DNA of 64,000 nucleotides from Amoebophrya sp. A120 (Eukaryota; Protista; Dinoflagellata): NCBI GenBank assembly GCA_905178155.1, contig CAJINV010000003.1, positions 4,307,835 to 4,371,834 of the forward strand, read 5' to 3'. Shown piece by piece: positions 61,509 to 64,000 of this stretch (position 1 is its first letter; each line of letters starts with the position of its first letter). The notes under the pieces were generated by a model. It saw only the letters and a program-made list of their open reading frames with translations, ran no database searches and was not told where the DNA came from. The position numbers and the translations under genes were made by a program.

Positions 61509-62594
61509 TCAAAATCCGAAGAACCCGCGGCCCCGGTACGGGTCGAGGCCGCCCCAGGGGCCAAACATGCCGAAAGGGTCCTGTTCGCGCGCGCGGCGTT
61601 GTTGCTCGATGTATCGCCGGCGTCGCCGGTCGTACTCTTGCTGCGCCGCCGCTTCTCGCAGTCGCCGCTGCCGCTCGAGATTATCATGCTGGTGCGAAAA
61701 GTCCTGATCTTCGTCCTCGTCATTTTCCAAAAACTCCCTGCTGCGGTCTGCCCGCTTGCGTTCATGTGGCGGGCCGCGTGTTCGGGGTGGAAAATGCGGC
61801 ATCTCTCGTGGACGTTCTCCCCGCAGAGCTCCACGTGCAGCATGCCCCAACGCATGATCGGGCGCGTCCGGCTCTTCTTCCAAAGGATCCGAATAAGGAT
61901 CAGGCCTATCGGGAAAAGCGGTATCTCGTCCCACGCGGCCTGGGTGCACGTTTACTTCCCTTCGCCTCAGCGGCTCCTCGGCTGCATCCTGACCGGTCTG
62001 ACGCCGAGGAGTGCGCTCGCTCGTAGTGCCGACACCCTCAGTAGAAGTTGCTGCTCCAGGAGCTCCTGCAGCCGCTTCCTCGGGAAAAAGTACAGGGGAC
62101 GCAAGCTTCGGACTCCTGACGTTTTTCCTCACCCGCGGCTTGTGCGACAGATTCGCGTGCGCTTGGTCAGCTGCGTTCTGCTCCACCGTCTTCGCAGCGC
62201 GCAAATCCCGGAACAAGTCCGATAACCGCTCGAAGAAGCTCTCCAGACCCGCGTTCAGGCTGCGCCGCAGCGCCCGGGCCGTCTCTTTGCCAGAGTGCAG
62301 TTCCGCGATTTGCACCGAGTCAACTCCTTTCTCTTGTAGCTTATTCGCAGCGGCTTCAATCTGCGACAGGTCGGTGGTTGCCTTTCCGGTCGTGACCTGG
62401 CCAGCCCGAAACTCAGCCTCGATCTCGTTCGTGCGCTCCACTAAGTCGTTGTACTGTGTGGCCAGATCCTGCAATAATTCCAGTGTTTGCTGAGAGGGTT
62501 GCGACATTTGCCTTTGCAGCTCTATGTGGTCCACAGACGAAGAACTCTGACGATCGTCATCTTGGTCCACCTCCACGTCTGCCTGCTTCATCAT
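61509..62594 (-). CDS. BAG-like domain co-chaperone candidate
   Basis: Three-helix pattern ending KGVDSVQ...GKETARALRRSLNAGLE resembles the BAG LD.V...R..RK motif. C-terminal DPFGMFGPWGG...GFFGF. Confidence 0.5.
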   Translation of the reverse strand: MMKQADVEVDQDDDRQSSSSVDHIELQRQMSQPSQQTLELLQDLATQYNDLVERTNEIEAEFRAGQVTTGKATTDLSQIEAAANKLQEKGVDSVQIAELHSGKETARALRRSLNAGLESFFERLSDLFRDLRAAKTVEQNAADQAHANLSHKPRVRKNVRSPKLASPVLFPEEAAAGAPGAATSTEGVGTTSERTPRRQTGQDAAEEPLRRREVNVHPGRVGRDTAFPDRPDPYSDPLEEEPDAPDHALGHAARGALRGERPREMPHFPPRTRGPPHERKRADRSREFLENDEDEDQDFSHQHDNLERQRRLREAAAQQEYDRRRRRYIEQQRRAREQDPFGMFGPWGGLDPYRGRGFFGF

Positions 62595-63709
62595 GACTGC
62601 TGATTCCTTCCACTTCCTTGTTTAATACTCTTATATTTTATGCTGGGGCGCCAACAAGTAAAACAGTTTTCGAAACAAAGGTAGGCGATGCTGCAGCTAA
62701 GTCTAAAAGCCTTGACCGTAGTACAACGAAATTGCGACTGATTTTCTATTTTATTGGTCAGGTCCTGGCAAGTGGTTCGGTAAGATTCCTTCAGCAGAGT
62801 ACGACTACACTCACGCAAATGCAAGTTATCTTCCAATTTCAGAATAGTACGTACGAGAACGCGATGGATTCAGATTCTGATCGCGTTGATCGCATAAATT
62901 GCAGATTGTATATAGCAGCGACTCCTTGTTGATCGCGTCTTTCTATTGATCTCGCAACGCGTCTCCTTGATCTGATCACTCAGGTTCAAACCACTAGTGC
63001 ATCGCTTTTCGTTCCTCACGTCATGTCTTTCAAGCACAATGGCGCACTTGGATCTCCCTCTAACAACAATGGGCGTGAGCAAAATTTCATTTGATGGCTT
63101 CTGCGAGGAAACAAAGATCCATGCGATATAGAATTTTCTTTTTTTATCGCACTCGATCTTGATCTCAGCGTCAACCCGAAATTTCAGTTCCATAGTTTCA
63201 TTTTTTTTCGTTTTATGAACGCAGAAAGAAATACCGAAACTTCAAAGTTTTATTTCTATGGCCACCACGACTCCACGAAGTTTCAAAGGTTTATTTTTGT
63301 TTCATGTGCCGATACCTACCTGCCTTCCCTCTACTTTTTTGATGTAGCTCCATTATTAGTCACAGGCGGTGGCTAATGCGGGCGTCCCCGGGGACGGGGA
63401 AATTAGGCGCGCATCGGTTCGCAGCAGGGATGATGGCAATATTACTATACCTACCTACGAACGCGAATTTTCAAAATTTTATTTCTACCACAAACAAAAT
63501 CCGCGAAATTGCAAAATTTTATTTCTATTCGGCTGAGTCCCTTTCCAAAATTTGAAAAAATTGCCAAGCCCCTGTGTTGTCGCCAGCCGATTCTCGTTTG
63601 GTAGCTGCATTAGGCGCCCCCAGGGACGAGGGCATTCGCCGCCTCTGGTGGCCGATGCGGGCGCCCCCCGAGACGGGAGCATTACCCGCCGCCGGCCTCG
63701 AAAAGGCGC

Positions 63710-64000
63710 AACTTTTTGGCCCAGAAAGTGCCAGACTCCGCCAGGTGTCCCCCCTTTTTCGCCGCAACCAATTTTGCGTTCCGGGCGGCACCGAAAAAGA
63801 GCAACTTTTTGGCCCAGAAAGTGCCCGAGTCCGCCCGGCGGCCCCAACTTTTCGCAGCAACCAATTTTGCGGGCCGGGCGGCCCCGCAAGGGACAACTTT
63901 TTGGCCCAGGAAGTGCCCGAGTCCGCCCGGCGGCCCCAACTTTTCGCCGCAACCAATTTTGCGGGCCGGGCGGCCCCGAAAGGGAGAACTTTTTGGCCCA
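63710..64000. repeat. 92-93-bp GC-rich minisatellite running off the window end
   Basis: AACTTTTTGGCCCA recurs at 63710, 63803, 63895 and 63987. The unit also contains CCGAGTCCGCCCGGCGGCCCCAACTTTTCG and CAACCAATTTTGCG. Confidence 0.9.

Noticed and set aside
5-62493. Many long plus-strand ORFs (e.g. 94-936, 5785-6564, 54328-54999)
   Set aside because: They are antisense shadows of GC-rich minus-strand genes and contain no recognisable motifs.
1-64000. Autonomous transposase for the introners; tRNA or rRNA genes
   Set aside because: No DDE-transposase-like ORF and no tRNA or rRNA pattern could be recognised in this window.

Overview
Eukaryotic, intron-containing genomic DNA in which every recognisable gene (about 20) lies on the minus strand. 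Unidirectional gene order, cold-shock-domain paralogues, an HPR/RAP-type repeat protein and inverted-repeat non-canonical introns point by inference to a dinoflagellate-lineage alveolate, most likely an Amoebophrya-like parasite. Genes, left to right: two tandem DOT1-like methyltransferases with signal-peptide-like N-termini, a multi-exon dual-specificity phosphatase, an ankyrin protein, two CSD/RanBP2-ZnF/RS paralogues, a divergent PCNA-like clamp, an ASF1-like protein, secreted or hypothetical proteins, APC4, NSRP1/CCDC55, PRP3, QTRT1 (tgt), a giant low-complexity protein, a histidine phosphatase, three signal-peptide proteins, an HPR-like protein and a BAG-like protein. The main signal is a set of short MITE-like elements with TAT...ATA ends, 29-40 bp terminal inverted repeats and exact 5-bp target-site duplications. 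Four of them sit inside coding sequence (817-1080, 4711-4852, 8963-9224, 27310-27573). In all four, removing the element plus one duplication copy restores the reading frame without a GT-AG pair, so they behave as introner-type non-canonical introns. A fifth relative (31614-31819) lies outside coding sequence. Also present: a 1.2-kb fold-back insertion flanked by a ~50-bp duplication, a GC-rich 1.8-kb island with possible RNase H remnants, and a 92-bp minisatellite at the window end. All gene models were assembled by eye and are not transcript-validated.
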